Source: Andalucia godoyi And28 (Eukaryota > Protista > Jakobida). Taken from it: a stretch of 64,000 bases of DNA. Position 1 is the first letter of the stretch. The number at the start of each line of letters is the position of its first letter. The notes under the pieces are model-generated. The model saw only the letters and a program-made list of their open reading frames with translations, had not been told where the DNA came from and did not search any database. The position numbers were made by a program, and so were the translations under genes. Below, piece after piece: positions 42,001 to 51,126 of the stretch. The stretch spans positions 259,325 to 323,324 of the forward strand of contig VRVR01000008.1 in NCBI GenBank assembly GCA_009859145.1. The letters are read 5' to 3'.

Positions 42001-44545
42001 CGAGCACACCACTGGTAAGATTTTCAAAAATCTTCTCCAATCTTGTTGGGGAAAAGCACTGCAAAAGCCGACACGCCAAATCATGCAGTTTGGATAATGA
42101 CGTGGAAGCTGCTTTCTGAGTCTCGGCAGGCAAAGAAGACAGACTAGAAGACGAGAACCTCGAGACTTGCGTGAGAGTTACCACAAGGATTGTTTCAATC
42201 CCGAAATCGGTTCCCATGCTCGCGAGAATATCCCTCAGAAAAGAAGAAAGAGAAGAAGAAGACGCTGGTGATGGCGCTGGTGACGGTGAAGAAGAAGATG
42301 ACGGCGAGGATGGAGAAGAAAAAGATGAAGAGGAAGACTGCGGAAACACCGACGACAAAAGAAAATCGAAACACAAATCGGCAGTGGAACTCCCAATCGA
42401 GAGACCATGAAAGCCATTGTCTTCAGCAGAAACTGTGGTGGAGAATTCCAGATGAGACAGCAAACGGCAAATGGCCCTCGATCCGAGCCAGGAGGACAAG
42501 CGACGAAGCCAAAAGCGGGACCAGTCACTGCCCATAGTCGAAATGCCAAAGCATCGCAATGCAGCCACAGCACTGCAAACCTGCAAATGATCGTGAGCCG
42601 TGGCCAGAATGTGTAGCAACACATCAGCATACTGCGAAAAGACCAGCGGCACATTCCATTCCGCACGCAGCGCCATGGACGAGAGCGTTCGAAATGGCTG
42701 AACAGTCAACTCTGGAAATGGAGGGCAAGTTTTGAAGGTGATCTTCTTCACTGCAGTCAGAAGAGTTGAGAAAGAACTGGAAAGCGACTTCAGCGGAGGA
42801 ACAACAGAGTGCAAATTCGCCAACGACCGCTCGCCCTCATCAACATCCAGTTCATCGATAGCAACCAGATTCGGAAAGTGCGTAGCAAACAGGGTAAATC
42901 GGTATTCAAACAAAAACAACCACATATGATTCTGAGACTGCTTCCAGAATGGGTTTCCATACATGGAAAGCCGGCGTATCTTGCTTGCAATTGGTTGCAA
43001 AGCCCGAGATACCTGCGATGACGACGTCAACTTGTTGCCGGAAATGTCCAGCACTGACAATACTGAGTCTCGGGGGCATAAACCTGTGACTTTGGCAATT
43101 TCATTGCAACGCACTGACAATGTCTGCAAATGAGGCAACGACACCAGCAGTTCCCCAAAGTCGAGGCTTTTCAATTTGCAACCATCCAACTTCAACGATC
43201 GCAGCAAACTCAAAGAGTACAAACCAGAGCTCTCCAGTTCGGAGATGGAGGTCAACGACAAATCCAACTCTTGAGCATCTGCTTCGATTGCCGTTCCTTT
43301 CTTCCGTATTTGCATCAAGTTCTTTGATTTGTCACGACTGACCATATTCATTGCTTCCGGTACATCTTTGTATGCCTTGCTTCGTTCTGCAATTTTTTCC
43401 GTCAGCGGCGCAGGCTGCACCCCCAGAACGGCAGCGAGGTCGTCTGCTCGTTTTTCCGTGACGTTTTCGTAGTCATCCACGGCAATAGCCCCAAGAATGG
43501 AAGACATTCCGTCAAGCAATGAAACGTCTTCAAGAACCATGGACAGCAGTTTCGCCAGACTTTTGTACCGCAATTCGCGCGCCTGTGTTTGCACTCTGCT
43601 GGACGAGACAACCCCTCGAGCATGGAGGTCCAACAGCACGCAGCAATCGTCAACCGCCATCCAGTATAATCCGTACTCGAACAGAGACTGGGCTCTGTTC
43701 AACAGCAAGGCACAATCCTTCTCTGTCAACGACAAAAGCGTGGGCTCGCCGTGGAGCTGCAAATTCGAACGAGACAACACGGATTCTGGGCCTGCGGCAT
43801 CCCCAGCATGCACATCCACTTCTTTTCCTACCAAATCCAGCATCAGACTCAGTTGACACACATCAAACAGGGACGCTGAGTTCCGCATCACATCAACTTC
43901 ATTTCCGATCAGGCCGTTCTCACACAGCGCAACACAACACATCAAATTATGATACACCTTCTTGGCTTCCGATTCGGCGTCTGCGACAAACTGCACAAGA
44001 GTATTTGTTTTCTTCGACAATATCCTGATTACGGACTTGTCAACCTGGGTATCGATTTCCGAGTAGGCAAGCAGCACCGGTTTCCCCTTGTTATCCAGAT
44101 CTCGGATTTCCAGACCGCCGTATGTCAACACCAGGCGTTTCTTCTTTGACTTACCCTTACCCTTGTCTTTCTCAACAGAATACTCGGGAAAGGGAGACGA
44201 CGCCGTTCCGGAATTGGAGAACAGCCTCAAGTCTGAAAAAACCAGCACCTCAGTCATCGAAGCCTTTGCCTCTTTTCCCTGTTCCGTAACATCGTCTTGA
44301 TGCCGAGCGACGTAATGCGCTGCCAAGTCTCGAACAATTGACAGGACATCATCGTCCACACGCAGCTTGACGACCGCAGCGCCTTCCGATTTGCGTGCTT
44401 GAGCGTAATCCATCAGCTGCTTCTTATTCGTCGACTCTGCAAATTCCACGCGTTCATTCTGAGCAACGCTGCTCAAATATTCAAGGACTCGCAAAGGAAC
44501 ATCTGCCGTCCGAATCACAGAAGATCGAGACCCTCCGTTGCCCAT
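33026..44545 (-). CDS. Giant hypothetical protein, 3839 aa: N-myristoylation motif, PH-like domain, TPR-like helices, SDS22-type LRRs, then about 3200 aa of ARM/HEAT-like helices
   Basis: Uninterrupted 11.5-kb ORF, first ATG at 44545 (MGNGGS). PH-like segment at about 43930-44145, TPR-like LLLNRAQSLF...AVDDC at about 43620-43710, LRRs and cap (SGNKL, YGNPFW, FPNLVAIDELDV) at about 42840-43270. Domain calls are by eye. Confidence 0.85.
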   Translation of the reverse strand: MGNGGSRSSVIRTADVPLRVLEYLSSVAQNERVEFAESTNKKQLMDYAQARKSEGAAVVKLRVDDDVLSIVRDLAAHYVARHQDDVTEQGKEAKASMTEVLVFSDLRLFSNSGTASSPFPEYSVEKDKGKGKSKKKRLVLTYGGLEIRDLDNKGKPVLLAYSEIDTQVDKSVIRILSKKTNTLVQFVADAESEAKKVYHNLMCCVALCENGLIGNEVDVMRNSASLFDVCQLSLMLDLVGKEVDVHAGDAAGPESVLSRSNLQLHGEPTLLSLTEKDCALLLNRAQSLFEYGLYWMAVDDCCVLLDLHARGVVSSSRVQTQARELRYKSLAKLLSMVLEDVSLLDGMSSILGAIAVDDYENVTEKRADDLAAVLGVQPAPLTEKIAERSKAYKDVPEAMNMVSRDKSKNLMQIRKKGTAIEADAQELDLSLTSISELESSGLYSLSLLRSLKLDGCKLKSLDFGELLVSLPHLQTLSVRCNEIAKVTGLCPRDSVLSVLDISGNKLTSSSQVSRALQPIASKIRRLSMYGNPFWKQSQNHMWLFLFEYRFTLFATHFPNLVAIDELDVDEGERSLANLHSVVPPLKSLSSSFSTLLTAVKKITFKTCPPFPELTVQPFRTLSSMALRAEWNVPLVFSQYADVLLHILATAHDHLQVCSAVAALRCFGISTMGSDWSRFWLRRLSSWLGSRAICRLLSHLEFSTTVSAEDNGFHGLSIGSSTADLCFDFLLSSVFPQSSSSSFSSPSSPSSSSSPSPAPSPASSSSLSSFLRDILASMGTDFGIETILVVTLTQVSRFSSSSLSSLPAETQKAASTSLSKLHDLACRLLQCFSPTRLEKIFENLTSGVLESLCTFLSTFLSSDDLLFVSSVCVFLSLQPFFKKLGLESVVKKSWCSSNVLESILKRMASSKQSTSDAAAGLLSMLLDFSDDVSMHIGGDTDSLLNLLSRARINPDNSIARLLAAYFSRSVLTPSTWRASLSSSSSSAVLLKGNWASLASALQLCAMSHRCALDADRDVLLCSAMMVLEISQSIVNNDVVIWSPRALESLLVSVDIKSVMTLSLECLSILGQKYWSTLDFVTALTSVDVSRFFPLLGIRVDRMFIDEEIGCRFGFSTEFCCPDKPTNLPSTPTSSSSSSSSGSKTPSAGGPRSLLAATPRSAAPATPRASSKLKTLLRAFWKDRVLDYYSLASAFLESAAKNPHSRRRIRNAIWSAAVLDDLSLNVDDMEKVMSLVRPVSCLMAELELGDRGSCMTPALCSSIRLLSWAYMYNVHSKTEFPDHHRVLKLCVSYVEFYRQMLMTGIATVDEEASADSSLDIVLAVIRVCATTGVPSLHDAAEALSRGLVSMHGRGIAVRVVEALSAVMESQTQSVHLQFLLTEDDMTSQFLSVMLSFLFTRCSAAVSVFSHLIKDTAVKERILNHLKGVLRSDDIVSVVDCLSPVFVSAKDTSGLLFLLALNDDSEVVFSRLSSFLGVDSIVDNTFLSMMHGRRTELWETWCRIRDLWCPVIETALAGQDSGLQELALSFLAAYVSQGGLLNALPACNLWSSLVKYLDSHPSPLVSEMCLHPCFFEHSQSHADVIHVSKVLDSLRGILERPWDLQSPIVSIVFLRTCKLLESGKVDTTESDLRKLDGYLCSAFRSVLPLPQGMSDVFGLRLDILLQLTQQVIKIIGRDILSNGYELCSQDVLATLTELLSMDAFCGRVSSVVSLLGRFSEAHFFAFVPVMTSKLQQILQKGGLQQDPAVCGVILASISYCLRIVDDMAGLSSKSWLGELLSVVLNVPHSFWTSCQSEDVGLYGKSSLAHAFLQDDRSYNDFSSIRMSHPQEILEQLLRLDEMAVVSVVLGSPAYSRLLLSDFSKNTFSRAFFSKIFGCPEGARDLASRIVKAVSNFCTDSDFSSDARCETVISLSRALSWLWSYWSRSEAEPSEIRPGVVDPIVGATKYLVLQILKVDTSSGQFALDISATCFRQVMCIVLDLCLMLLSGQSHLHTRYAPLLEFSAQTFRDASRGLLLCGPDLVLCGYVEKLFSLPFFSSADLRAMTPGFNPSLLYDAAFVCAAKNASSFEFVVLWTSLMRLFASFDDAELMFKDHGRVFGLLSVLLKDPSFTSMVSDVLPFACRVSHLRSHHHALCSSLSWNDCLELLRCRLADADALVLCRLSLQQIPFTSEEILLTIRCPELLQSVTSLAFHVACSAPKLWQVSDSHLGKVVDHFCQMLIRGVHASCRTPWFTLRSNLGFEAGLCASDAELFATAFEVSADPGTLYLLLQKMMSADPLFISYFISYGGDARFFSSLSSLPDSGSMLIATIGPCILNILQLLLPKLNKEEFAYNLNDALVRKILSVIDVVSAAEGRELLVSMLTSVAPASLMSQTRAFLFRNCLRFVMELIDPLNRFFSCITSSAREGSPKRGGRDSLDLSPSNPRDSLLSRNFMIDMVSDEASVLREIQSVVMTNLLVPGYAQLDLALGLLSSSTKFLALSEDPSLDIQEFIDVTESAWRSHQGKPGGVASDDIKVEVRLSLSQEDIRVSVVAVNIPVAVQFSSFLQFYLVLCRLAPDVVLPFLLSSEVLEALPFSQQLEVVMSLDSVLTSSAEHVALAIARFGIGKVISLLHSADDSSHLSKSFSMTVVSVAEKVFSNASVSFSSLSSDDVSRVFEFCLTLLSSTSMNLSAPERSLVLRTSTCVVNAVRSSDSVGFARDTLYRLCEMFLSSMIVDMWTLFSSSIAIDMLELVSQSLAFVHENGRKCVLPAPLLKSDHETALWEAICSGSGAGAGSASVVLSPSSSVLNKQDVLLMSVEIASQLLTYRLSDHSVVVRCCQSGKFSQAIVCSESVPTLVPVLQSCFSSLENAEREVFINQVVVPSGLGAKLISMIRSSATASSLRDIFSMMDHIFRDSRRSIIVSEQDILRALANTTVLLPSSADSIVIDESLRFTQICLDNVRIGLAAVFPVGPVFGSAVTSEESSVPVSTFCSTVLPSLISFFFAPDRSVGLRTRAVALIVRIIRRSTVLKDCFQRIASSTGEQDLIEVFETFARTSDISMLEFLVVVFCLPAHTRSLSKYRLSGFTDELLKFASTSSDRKRTLALLHVWCQHVGVMLAEEDLIKIMDSLAGLLVDSHLSEVWTSVLELIVSICSVDQMRSSSTLFDSSLSMSLLSAASDALVGNIQLTSRIVSLVAKGRPTRSAGFAQLCRRLLDNSRLVLDSGKELVHAEALFRILIDVCESLVTNKDYEHMCAATVTLFLDWIEMNPDVCSGSAFAIFPAVVAFVSRFVRAGHSELLRGHPLRNFLTGVQQAASNHASAAYTMCALMALVQAQLSPDTKSLLSILGEHIARQSFDPWMMPTVLKYLEQHAGAYLAGGLPTSPVGQLERSQVSRLSDLMNLLQVLDLDAESFACVGKLLVVADIDDIIHVLSRHECFIPLFFKIAHDFPVLVLRLSQAFVSAVIPVEVPDGLADSLWDASYVASRPLPELFFSSMCWTGLEQSIATVQSWSRTTLDAVEQFFVDALILVLYSVCPHVALRGACTPPIPIGCASLAIDVLLLEPGIVASYWIMHFDGLPELSRIRKIVFKELLMSSVLELLQSFVHKDGPDHLSFARFEPRYSSIVERILLSVSPDRRSSVLSVDESDADASDLAVSLRFLRLFSALCETFAAFRVAAIQASALDIFAGILSLECSPALHAAVFDSAVIICVGNASSSSFVLGSLLSYHKKLTERTSRPSVQPPTSRRGSAERQSLGMLEMPCELPAPQPQQQPSQMSRENRSRRPTDSLEQAADAESSSPPTSGSEDVFSPNVSASQSVDDLQSAPPSRKSPVIPRIPFIRILPASSASDDQLNSP

Positions 44546-45139
44546 TGTCGAATTGCTTGAAAAAATCACACGATCAGAAAACTCTCCTTACCCAATCTTA
44601 CAAACACCCCTCCACGTCACGAAACAGCGACAACAAAAATGTGAAATTTAACAGAAGAATAGAGCTGAGGAAGAGAAGATAACAAACAAATAAATAAAAT
44701 GATGAGGAATGATAAAGGGAAAAATAAACAGCAACACAACAAAAACATCAAAACAGCCAAAACAGGAAGAAAAAGGTGAAAATTCATCATCAATAAAAAA
44801 TACAAACACAAAAGCCAATGATTAGTAATAATGCGGAAGCCCGACAAGTCGGGAAACCCGGGAAAGCCTCTCTGATCGCTCTGCACGAATCAGCAAGGAA
44901 AAAGGAGCCTTCCAGCATCACTTGATTGTGCGGGAATTTTTTTGTCGCTCCTCTTTCCCCGCTCCTTTCATTTCCCCCGCATCCCGCAGTGCTTTTATCC
45001 CGACAGAAAAAACGAAAAGCACTTTTCGATTCAGCAACAGCATTGAGGGAGCAGCCGGATCCCGATTCTCTTCAATTTTAATATTTAAAATTTATTTTAA
45101 AAAAGAGAGCGTCCAGCCGACAACATTTTGCTTTTGCAC

Positions 45140-46468
45140 ATGAGCTCAGTTGCTCTGCTTGAAGAGCAGTATCTGCTGGAGCGTGAAGAGATCCGGTGCC
45201 GCATTCATTCGCAGTTCCATTCTGAAATCTTACCCGTGGGCGAAAGATGCCAAAACACGCTTGTGCAGCAGATGACGGGTGAGCTGCAAGCTCTGGCATC
45301 CGAGTACAGCCAAAAGATTGTTGTGTCCCCGGAGCTGCAAACGGAAATCGACAGTGCGATAGCTGTTGGTAACGTAGGTTTGCTTCGGACTGCATTCTGT
45401 AATTGTGAAGTGCTTCTTGGCAAACACCATGTGAAGACCCTGGATGTGCTGTCTGGGCTGATTGACGCCTATGCGGATGACAAGGAACACCAAAAAGTTT
45501 TACAGCTTCAGAATGACTTAAGAAATCGGCGGGTTCGCTTGCTGGGAGAGCACCATCCATTGACCGTTCGATCGCTCTTTGATATTTCTGTGGCGCGTGA
45601 AAATGCATGCGACATCGAGGGGTCACTCGATTTCGCGAAGCAGTTCGTGGATCTTTCGAAGCCTCGGTCTGGATTGCAGAACGAAGCGCATACATTTCGG
45701 GGCTTTGCGAGGATGATTCGACTGGCGTTCGAGCTTTTTCTGGAAGAAGAAGCACTGGAGCATGTGGATGATTTGCAGCGGTATGCAGAAGAAAGAAGGT
45801 CGTCCTTGGAGGCGATGGCAGAGTATCGAGCGGCCTTACGTGAGGCTGCCATTGTTTTGGAAAAGACGACCCAAGATGATGATCCAGCTGCATTGCAGTC
45901 CATAGAAGACATCTATCGACGACTAGTATCTGCAGAAGAATGTCAGGATACCATTGTGAGCGACGACTGTGCGTTGGCACACGCGGATTTGGGAATATTC
46001 ATTTTCCAACAGCCTGGTCGATGGCGGGAGGCGTTGCCGTTCTTGGAGAAGAGTGTTTCGTTGTATTCGGCGATCGGATTGTATGGTCAACAGGAAGTTG
46101 ATCCGTCCGCCATGAGCGCGCTGTTTCATCTGTGGAACTGTCTCATTGCCCTGCATTCATGGGAGAGCGCAGTGATTCATCTTCGAACCTTCATTCAATT
46201 GCTACAGAATGAGAATGCGAGGAAAATGCAATCGCATAGCAGCATTGCGGAAGGCGAAGACGAAGACGACGTGGACCTTGACTTGGACTTGGAGAATGCA
46301 AGAATATGCCTGGCGGATTCATTGCGCTCTCTGGGATACCAAACCGAGGCCCGCCAATTGTACACCGGAGTCCTTGATTCTCTCCAGCGCAGCCCTGTTT
46401 CCGATGAAAACCTCGTTGACCTGCTGAATCGTGTCCGCAGCGCTTGCGATGCACTCCAACAATGCTAA
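45140..46468 (+). CDS. Tetratricopeptide repeat protein (kinesin light chain/NPHP3-like TPRs), 442 aa
   Basis: First ATG at 45140. Repeats LLGKHHVKTLDVLSGL and LLGEHHPLTVRSLFDI, plus WREALPFLEKSVSL and ARICLADSLRSLGYQTEARQLYTGVL. Confidence 0.85.
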   Translation: MSSVALLEEQYLLEREEIRCRIHSQFHSEILPVGERCQNTLVQQMTGELQALASEYSQKIVVSPELQTEIDSAIAVGNVGLLRTAFCNCEVLLGKHHVKTLDVLSGLIDAYADDKEHQKVLQLQNDLRNRRVRLLGEHHPLTVRSLFDISVARENACDIEGSLDFAKQFVDLSKPRSGLQNEAHTFRGFARMIRLAFELFLEEEALEHVDDLQRYAEERRSSLEAMAEYRAALREAAIVLEKTTQDDDPAALQSIEDIYRRLVSAEECQDTIVSDDCALAHADLGIFIFQQPGRWREALPFLEKSVSLYSAIGLYGQQEVDPSAMSALFHLWNCLIALHSWESAVIHLRTFIQLLQNENARKMQSHSSIAEGEDEDDVDLDLDLENARICLADSLRSLGYQTEARQLYTGVLDSLQRSPVSDENLVDLLNRVRSACDALQQC

Positions 46469-46849
46469 TTGGCTCTAGTTGGTGCTTCCCCTCCTCCTCC
46501 CCCTCCTAGCATCACTTGAGTGCACGCAGATCTACTTGGCAGAGCGTCTCCCTCTCTGCTGTCCAAACGACCCTTTGGCGCCGCCTTGTCGGAAATTGCC
46601 ATTTTGATTTGCGTGCTTTCCTTCTTCTTCTCTTCCTTGGTTGGTTTTTCATTTCTTTCAATTTCATTGAGAGATAGATAAACTATTATCATTGTTATTC
46701 GGGTTCTCTCCCATCTGATGAAGCACTGTTCGTCACGTACAGTATTATAGTTCCTGGCCATTTTAACATTCAATAGTGTTTCCTCCCTCCTTCTGCTTTG
46801 TCTTCTTGTTTCCACGGTAAACCTGTTGTCCTTGTTGTAAATAGTCATA

Positions 46850-49800
46850 ATGGACGCAGAGACTCTGATCCAAGCTCTTCACGATCCATCTTCGTTTGTC
46901 CGAACCGAAGCGCTTCAGCAACTGCGTGATACGCGGTCATTCAGCCCGAATTTTCTGAATGAACGGCTCGTTCGTGCGGTGTTTTCCTGTGTTTCAGATA
47001 CTCAATGGACCGTGTCTCTTGCCTCGCTTCAGGCACTCCTGACGTTTGTGAATGTGGAGTCGTCGTCGATCAGATCCACTCTGGAAGAAGATTTTATCTT
47101 TGAAGTCCTCAAGTCATTTTGCCAGTCTCGAACATCCGTTCGAAAAACAGGAGCAGATCTGTTGCTCTCGTGGGCTCGGATCCGGCAGGAACGGTGGAGG
47201 TTGTTGTTGCAAAACACCCTGAACGTTCTTGGAGATGACCAAATCGACTTTAGGATACGGTCCGAATGCTGCAATTTTGTGGCGCAGATTATGGATCAGA
47301 TTCCAAAGAGCGAGAACTTCATGGACATCCGCGCGTCCGCGTTGGCAACACTAAAGGCTGCTTCCAAGGACATGCACCCTGCGATCGCCGATGCTGCGTC
47401 AGCTGCGCTTTCGTTGATTGGCCTATCGTCTTCTCCACTTGCCATTTCTCACTCTCAGTCTCAGTTTCAGTCTCAGTCTCAATCTCAATCTCAATCCAAC
47501 AGTACCAAGATACACGAGTTTGCGGGAGAAGATCAGGCACTTCCGGGTCGAAGAAGAGTCGAACGCAGTCCGGAGCTGCAGAATGTTATCAACGACTTGC
47601 AGAATTCGGACCAAACATCATGGAAATGCCGCTCGTCTCTCATCGACAAATTATATTACATGTTATCTGGCACCATGCCCGAAGATGGATCGTCCCTACC
47701 GTCTCCAACTATGGGATTGGATAGTGTCATGGTAGGGGACGTGCATCAGCTCGTTTCTGCCCTGGCTCCGCTCGTTCATGATGCAAACTTCAAGATTTCG
47801 TTGACAACAATGCACATCATGGGGGTCATTGCATCAAAGTATACAGCCCAGGATGATAATTCGCTTTTGGGGCAGCTCATCGATATACTTGCAGAGAAAT
47901 GGAGCGACAACAAGGTCGTTGTGAGGCATACCGTCTCGCGGACTATCTCCAGAATTGCATCCTCTGGTTCGTTTCCGATTTCAAATGTCATCACGCTCTT
48001 GCTGAAACGATCCGTTTCTGACCCCTTGCAGTCTCCCGATAGGTCACTCGCATCTTGGAGAATCAGAGAAGAGTCTCTAAATATGGTTATTTGGTGTTTA
48101 TTGTCCGTGAAGCCGCTGACCGTTGATTTTGGGACAATTGCACTTGCTTTTGTTCAGGCACTTCGGGATGCCCGGCCGAAGGTCAAGTTTGTCGCTCTTG
48201 AGGGTCTTGCAGTTCTGCACTGGATTCGAAAGGATGCCGTCGACGCTGTTCTCAGCACAATGCACGGTGAGGAGTTTGAGCTGGTTTCCGAGAGGCTGCA
48301 GCATCAAGACATTCCGCTGGTAACGCCAGACGGAAATGTTGAGCATAAACTACTCGCGAACAATGCCGGACCCGCGAGACCCGATTCTGTTGCGGATGAT
48401 GCTCGTAATCGATCGCGAGTACAATCTGCTGCTGGAAGCACCTCTCGGCTTCCTGCCGCCGTTCGATCGTTTCCGTGGGAAAACATGCCGTCGACGACAT
48501 CCAATAGGATCCGCTCCGTCAAAGTGTCAGACAGTTTACCTGACCAACCCCAGTTGGAGGAGAAACAGCGATTTCATGCCTTTGTTCCAGTTTCTCCTCT
48601 CGGAAGCTCTGATTTCCCGTCCCCAAAGTCACTCTCCCCGTCGAGATCACCGATGTCTCTGTCGTCTTCGCAGTCGTCGAAAATCTCGTTGTGGCTCCCT
48701 GGTGGTTCGGTGGAAATTGTCGACTCGACGTCCAACGGACAACTGTTTAGTGATACTGGATCGCTGCACGCCCAACATGAAGAGGATTTATTTTATGGCA
48801 GAAGGCGTGGTGGTGGAGCATCGAGCGCTACCCGTCGGCTTGCTGTGGATGATGCAGCGAATGATCGATTGTCTCCCTACGATGTTGTTGAGATGCGTGC
48901 TTCGCAAGAAGACCTCGAGGATGTGTCCGTACTGCCCCGCAATTCAGACCCCGCTGTTGGAGATAGATTGAAACTCTTGAAACAGAAGCGCCGCCGCTAT
49001 GGATCCACGACTCCTGGGCTGTATGATGCAACAGAAACAGCAGCGGAGAGTAGAGGGTCCGTCTCGCCGTCGTTTGACCGAGGGCGAGCTGGATACTCGG
49101 ATCTGTCGGATTTCTCAGAGAGAAAAAAGGAAAGCGACATTTTGTTTCCATCGATTGCCCGTGACAGAGATTCAGCTGGAAGAGATCCCACGGTGGTCGT
49201 TGAACCTCCTTCGACCGCTGCCACGCCGTCGGCGGCGTCAAGGCGGCGTCCGCGTCCAGGGTCCATGCCTTCTCTTGGAGATGGCCGCGATTCTGTTGTT
49301 TCGGAAGACCTGCAGCAAGAAGCGATAACCACAACCCCTGCACGATCCTTTCGGGCTGCCACTGCAGCATCATCTTCAATTGCTGCGTCTTCCTCTTCCG
49401 GGACTGCGGTGGCATCTGTGGTATCCTCCGTTTCTCCAAACCGCAGAACTGCGGTGGAAACTGCGGCTCGGCCCATGGAAGAAATCACTACTGGGGACTT
49501 GCTGCCGATTTCTGGAAACGTCGTGACGGAATTCAACAAAGCCCTGGAACTCCTGAAGAGCGCTCTTTGGTCAGACATTTACCGTGCTACAAATGTTGTT
49601 CGTCAGGCTGTTGTTCACCATCACGATAATGACTCGTTGTTTGCTGTTAGCAAACTGCATCCGCTTGTTCTCACTCTTCTGAGTAACGTGGACAATTTAC
49701 GGTCTTCGATTTCGAAGAATTCGATTGTCTGCATCGGGGAGATGTTCCGTTTTCTTTCCAGGGGATCGATGGATGCGGAGTGCGATTTCTGCTGCCGAGT

Positions 49801-50974
49801 CTTGTTTAAAAAGACTGGAGAGTCAAACAAGTTCATTGCAGAATCCGCAGAAGAGTCGTTGCAATTGATTGTGGAGTGTGTGCCGTTCTCGAAATGTTCC
49901 GTTGCACTCCTGAACAGTTCGAATCACAAGTCTCCTGGAGTGAGGTTCAAGGTGGCGAAATACATGAGAATCTTGTTGGAACGAACGGTCAATGTATCCA
50001 TGCTGGACAAAATTGTTCCGTTCGTCAACAACTGCTTGCAGGAGGGACTGTCGGAAACACGTCAAGAAGCAAAGTTGATCATTGCGAGACTGATGGATTC
50101 ATGTGGAGACGAATGGAAGCGGCATTTGCCTGACAAGGACATTACCAAGTGGACAGACGCTCTTTGCCGTCTCTCGACGTCGGGTAACTTTCTCAACCAA
50201 GCGGATCCTGGTTCTGCTGTGAAGACCGTCTCTGGGAATCGCGATGCGGCAACGTCTCGCTCTGGATTCCGTGGTAAGGACAAAGAGACCAAAGTGAGCC
50301 GTGAGTGGGATCAAGAGATGAGGACGGTTTGCAAAACGTTGGATTCATCGTCTTTGTGGTCTGACCGAGTGGAGCTGCTTGAGCAAATTTGCTCCCGGAT
50401 CCGCACTCTGTCTTCCAACGGAGGTGCATGCGCCGCGACGACGGCGATCGCAATCTTTGATGCTGTTCTTGCGCGTGTGTCGGACGGAAATGCAAAGGTG
50501 GTTGCGACGGCTTTGCGCTCTCTTTCTTGCGTGTTAGGGCATCTTGATGCATTGAAGAATGTGGATTCCGTGTACGCGCGCGTCGTCCCAGCTGTTGCGA
50601 ATGCTTGGAAAGCGCATGGGGATGACTGCCGACTTGTCTGGGACACACTATTGCATGTGCATGATCCGACAAGCGTTCTTGCCCCTTTGCTGATTTCGTT
50701 TGAATCTGGCAAAGTCATTTCCAAGACGAAGTCTGATTTGATTTCCAGTTTGAGTCCTATTTTCCCGTCGTTTTCCTCATCTTCTGTGACAAAGTCTATT
50801 ATTCCTCTGTTGGTCAATGGCTGCGAGGACGTATCTTGCCGATCTGCTGTCCAGCAAGTTGCGGTTCTTTGTGCAGAAAGGCTTGGTCGTTCGGCATTTA
50901 CGGATGCTGTGTCTAGATCAACGAGGAACGAATCGGCTGTTGTTCGTCTTCGAGACATGGTCAAGTGTACATAA
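46850..50974 (+). CDS. TOG-array microtubule regulator, crescerin/TOGARAM (FAM179, CHE-12)-like, 1374 aa
   Basis: Several TOG domains: WKCR...DANFKISL...SDNKVVVR...WRIREE; WSDIY...DNLRSSISKNS...GESNKFIAESAEESL...SETRQEAK; WSDRVELL...DGNAKVV. A long Ser/Arg-rich linker separates the TOG groups, as in crescerin. Confidence 0.8.
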   Translation: MDAETLIQALHDPSSFVRTEALQQLRDTRSFSPNFLNERLVRAVFSCVSDTQWTVSLASLQALLTFVNVESSSIRSTLEEDFIFEVLKSFCQSRTSVRKTGADLLLSWARIRQERWRLLLQNTLNVLGDDQIDFRIRSECCNFVAQIMDQIPKSENFMDIRASALATLKAASKDMHPAIADAASAALSLIGLSSSPLAISHSQSQFQSQSQSQSQSNSTKIHEFAGEDQALPGRRRVERSPELQNVINDLQNSDQTSWKCRSSLIDKLYYMLSGTMPEDGSSLPSPTMGLDSVMVGDVHQLVSALAPLVHDANFKISLTTMHIMGVIASKYTAQDDNSLLGQLIDILAEKWSDNKVVVRHTVSRTISRIASSGSFPISNVITLLLKRSVSDPLQSPDRSLASWRIREESLNMVIWCLLSVKPLTVDFGTIALAFVQALRDARPKVKFVALEGLAVLHWIRKDAVDAVLSTMHGEEFELVSERLQHQDIPLVTPDGNVEHKLLANNAGPARPDSVADDARNRSRVQSAAGSTSRLPAAVRSFPWENMPSTTSNRIRSVKVSDSLPDQPQLEEKQRFHAFVPVSPLGSSDFPSPKSLSPSRSPMSLSSSQSSKISLWLPGGSVEIVDSTSNGQLFSDTGSLHAQHEEDLFYGRRRGGGASSATRRLAVDDAANDRLSPYDVVEMRASQEDLEDVSVLPRNSDPAVGDRLKLLKQKRRRYGSTTPGLYDATETAAESRGSVSPSFDRGRAGYSDLSDFSERKKESDILFPSIARDRDSAGRDPTVVVEPPSTAATPSAASRRRPRPGSMPSLGDGRDSVVSEDLQQEAITTTPARSFRAATAASSSIAASSSSGTAVASVVSSVSPNRRTAVETAARPMEEITTGDLLPISGNVVTEFNKALELLKSALWSDIYRATNVVRQAVVHHHDNDSLFAVSKLHPLVLTLLSNVDNLRSSISKNSIVCIGEMFRFLSRGSMDAECDFCCRVLFKKTGESNKFIAESAEESLQLIVECVPFSKCSVALLNSSNHKSPGVRFKVAKYMRILLERTVNVSMLDKIVPFVNNCLQEGLSETRQEAKLIIARLMDSCGDEWKRHLPDKDITKWTDALCRLSTSGNFLNQADPGSAVKTVSGNRDAATSRSGFRGKDKETKVSREWDQEMRTVCKTLDSSSLWSDRVELLEQICSRIRTLSSNGGACAATTAIAIFDAVLARVSDGNAKVVATALRSLSCVLGHLDALKNVDSVYARVVPAVANAWKAHGDDCRLVWDTLLHVHDPTSVLAPLLISFESGKVISKTKSDLISSLSPIFPSFSSSSVTKSIIPLLVNGCEDVSCRSAVQQVAVLCAERLGRSAFTDAVSRSTRNESAVVRLRDMVKCT

Positions 50975-51126
50975 TAAAGAAGTTGAGGGGTTGGAAATAT
51001 GGACAATAAAAAGAAGCAGCGGTGGTATATAAAAGAAGACGGTCGCTGCTTGCCGAATGTGATCGATCGCTCCGTGCGACGTACAGTTTGCATGTAGCAT
51101 TAACGAATGTAAACGACTTGCGAAAC

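Noticed and set aside
46465-46848. 127-aa minus-strand ORF between the TPR and TOG genes
   Set aside because: It abuts the TOG ATG, translates poly-purine tracts and has no motif. More likely promoter/UTR sequence.
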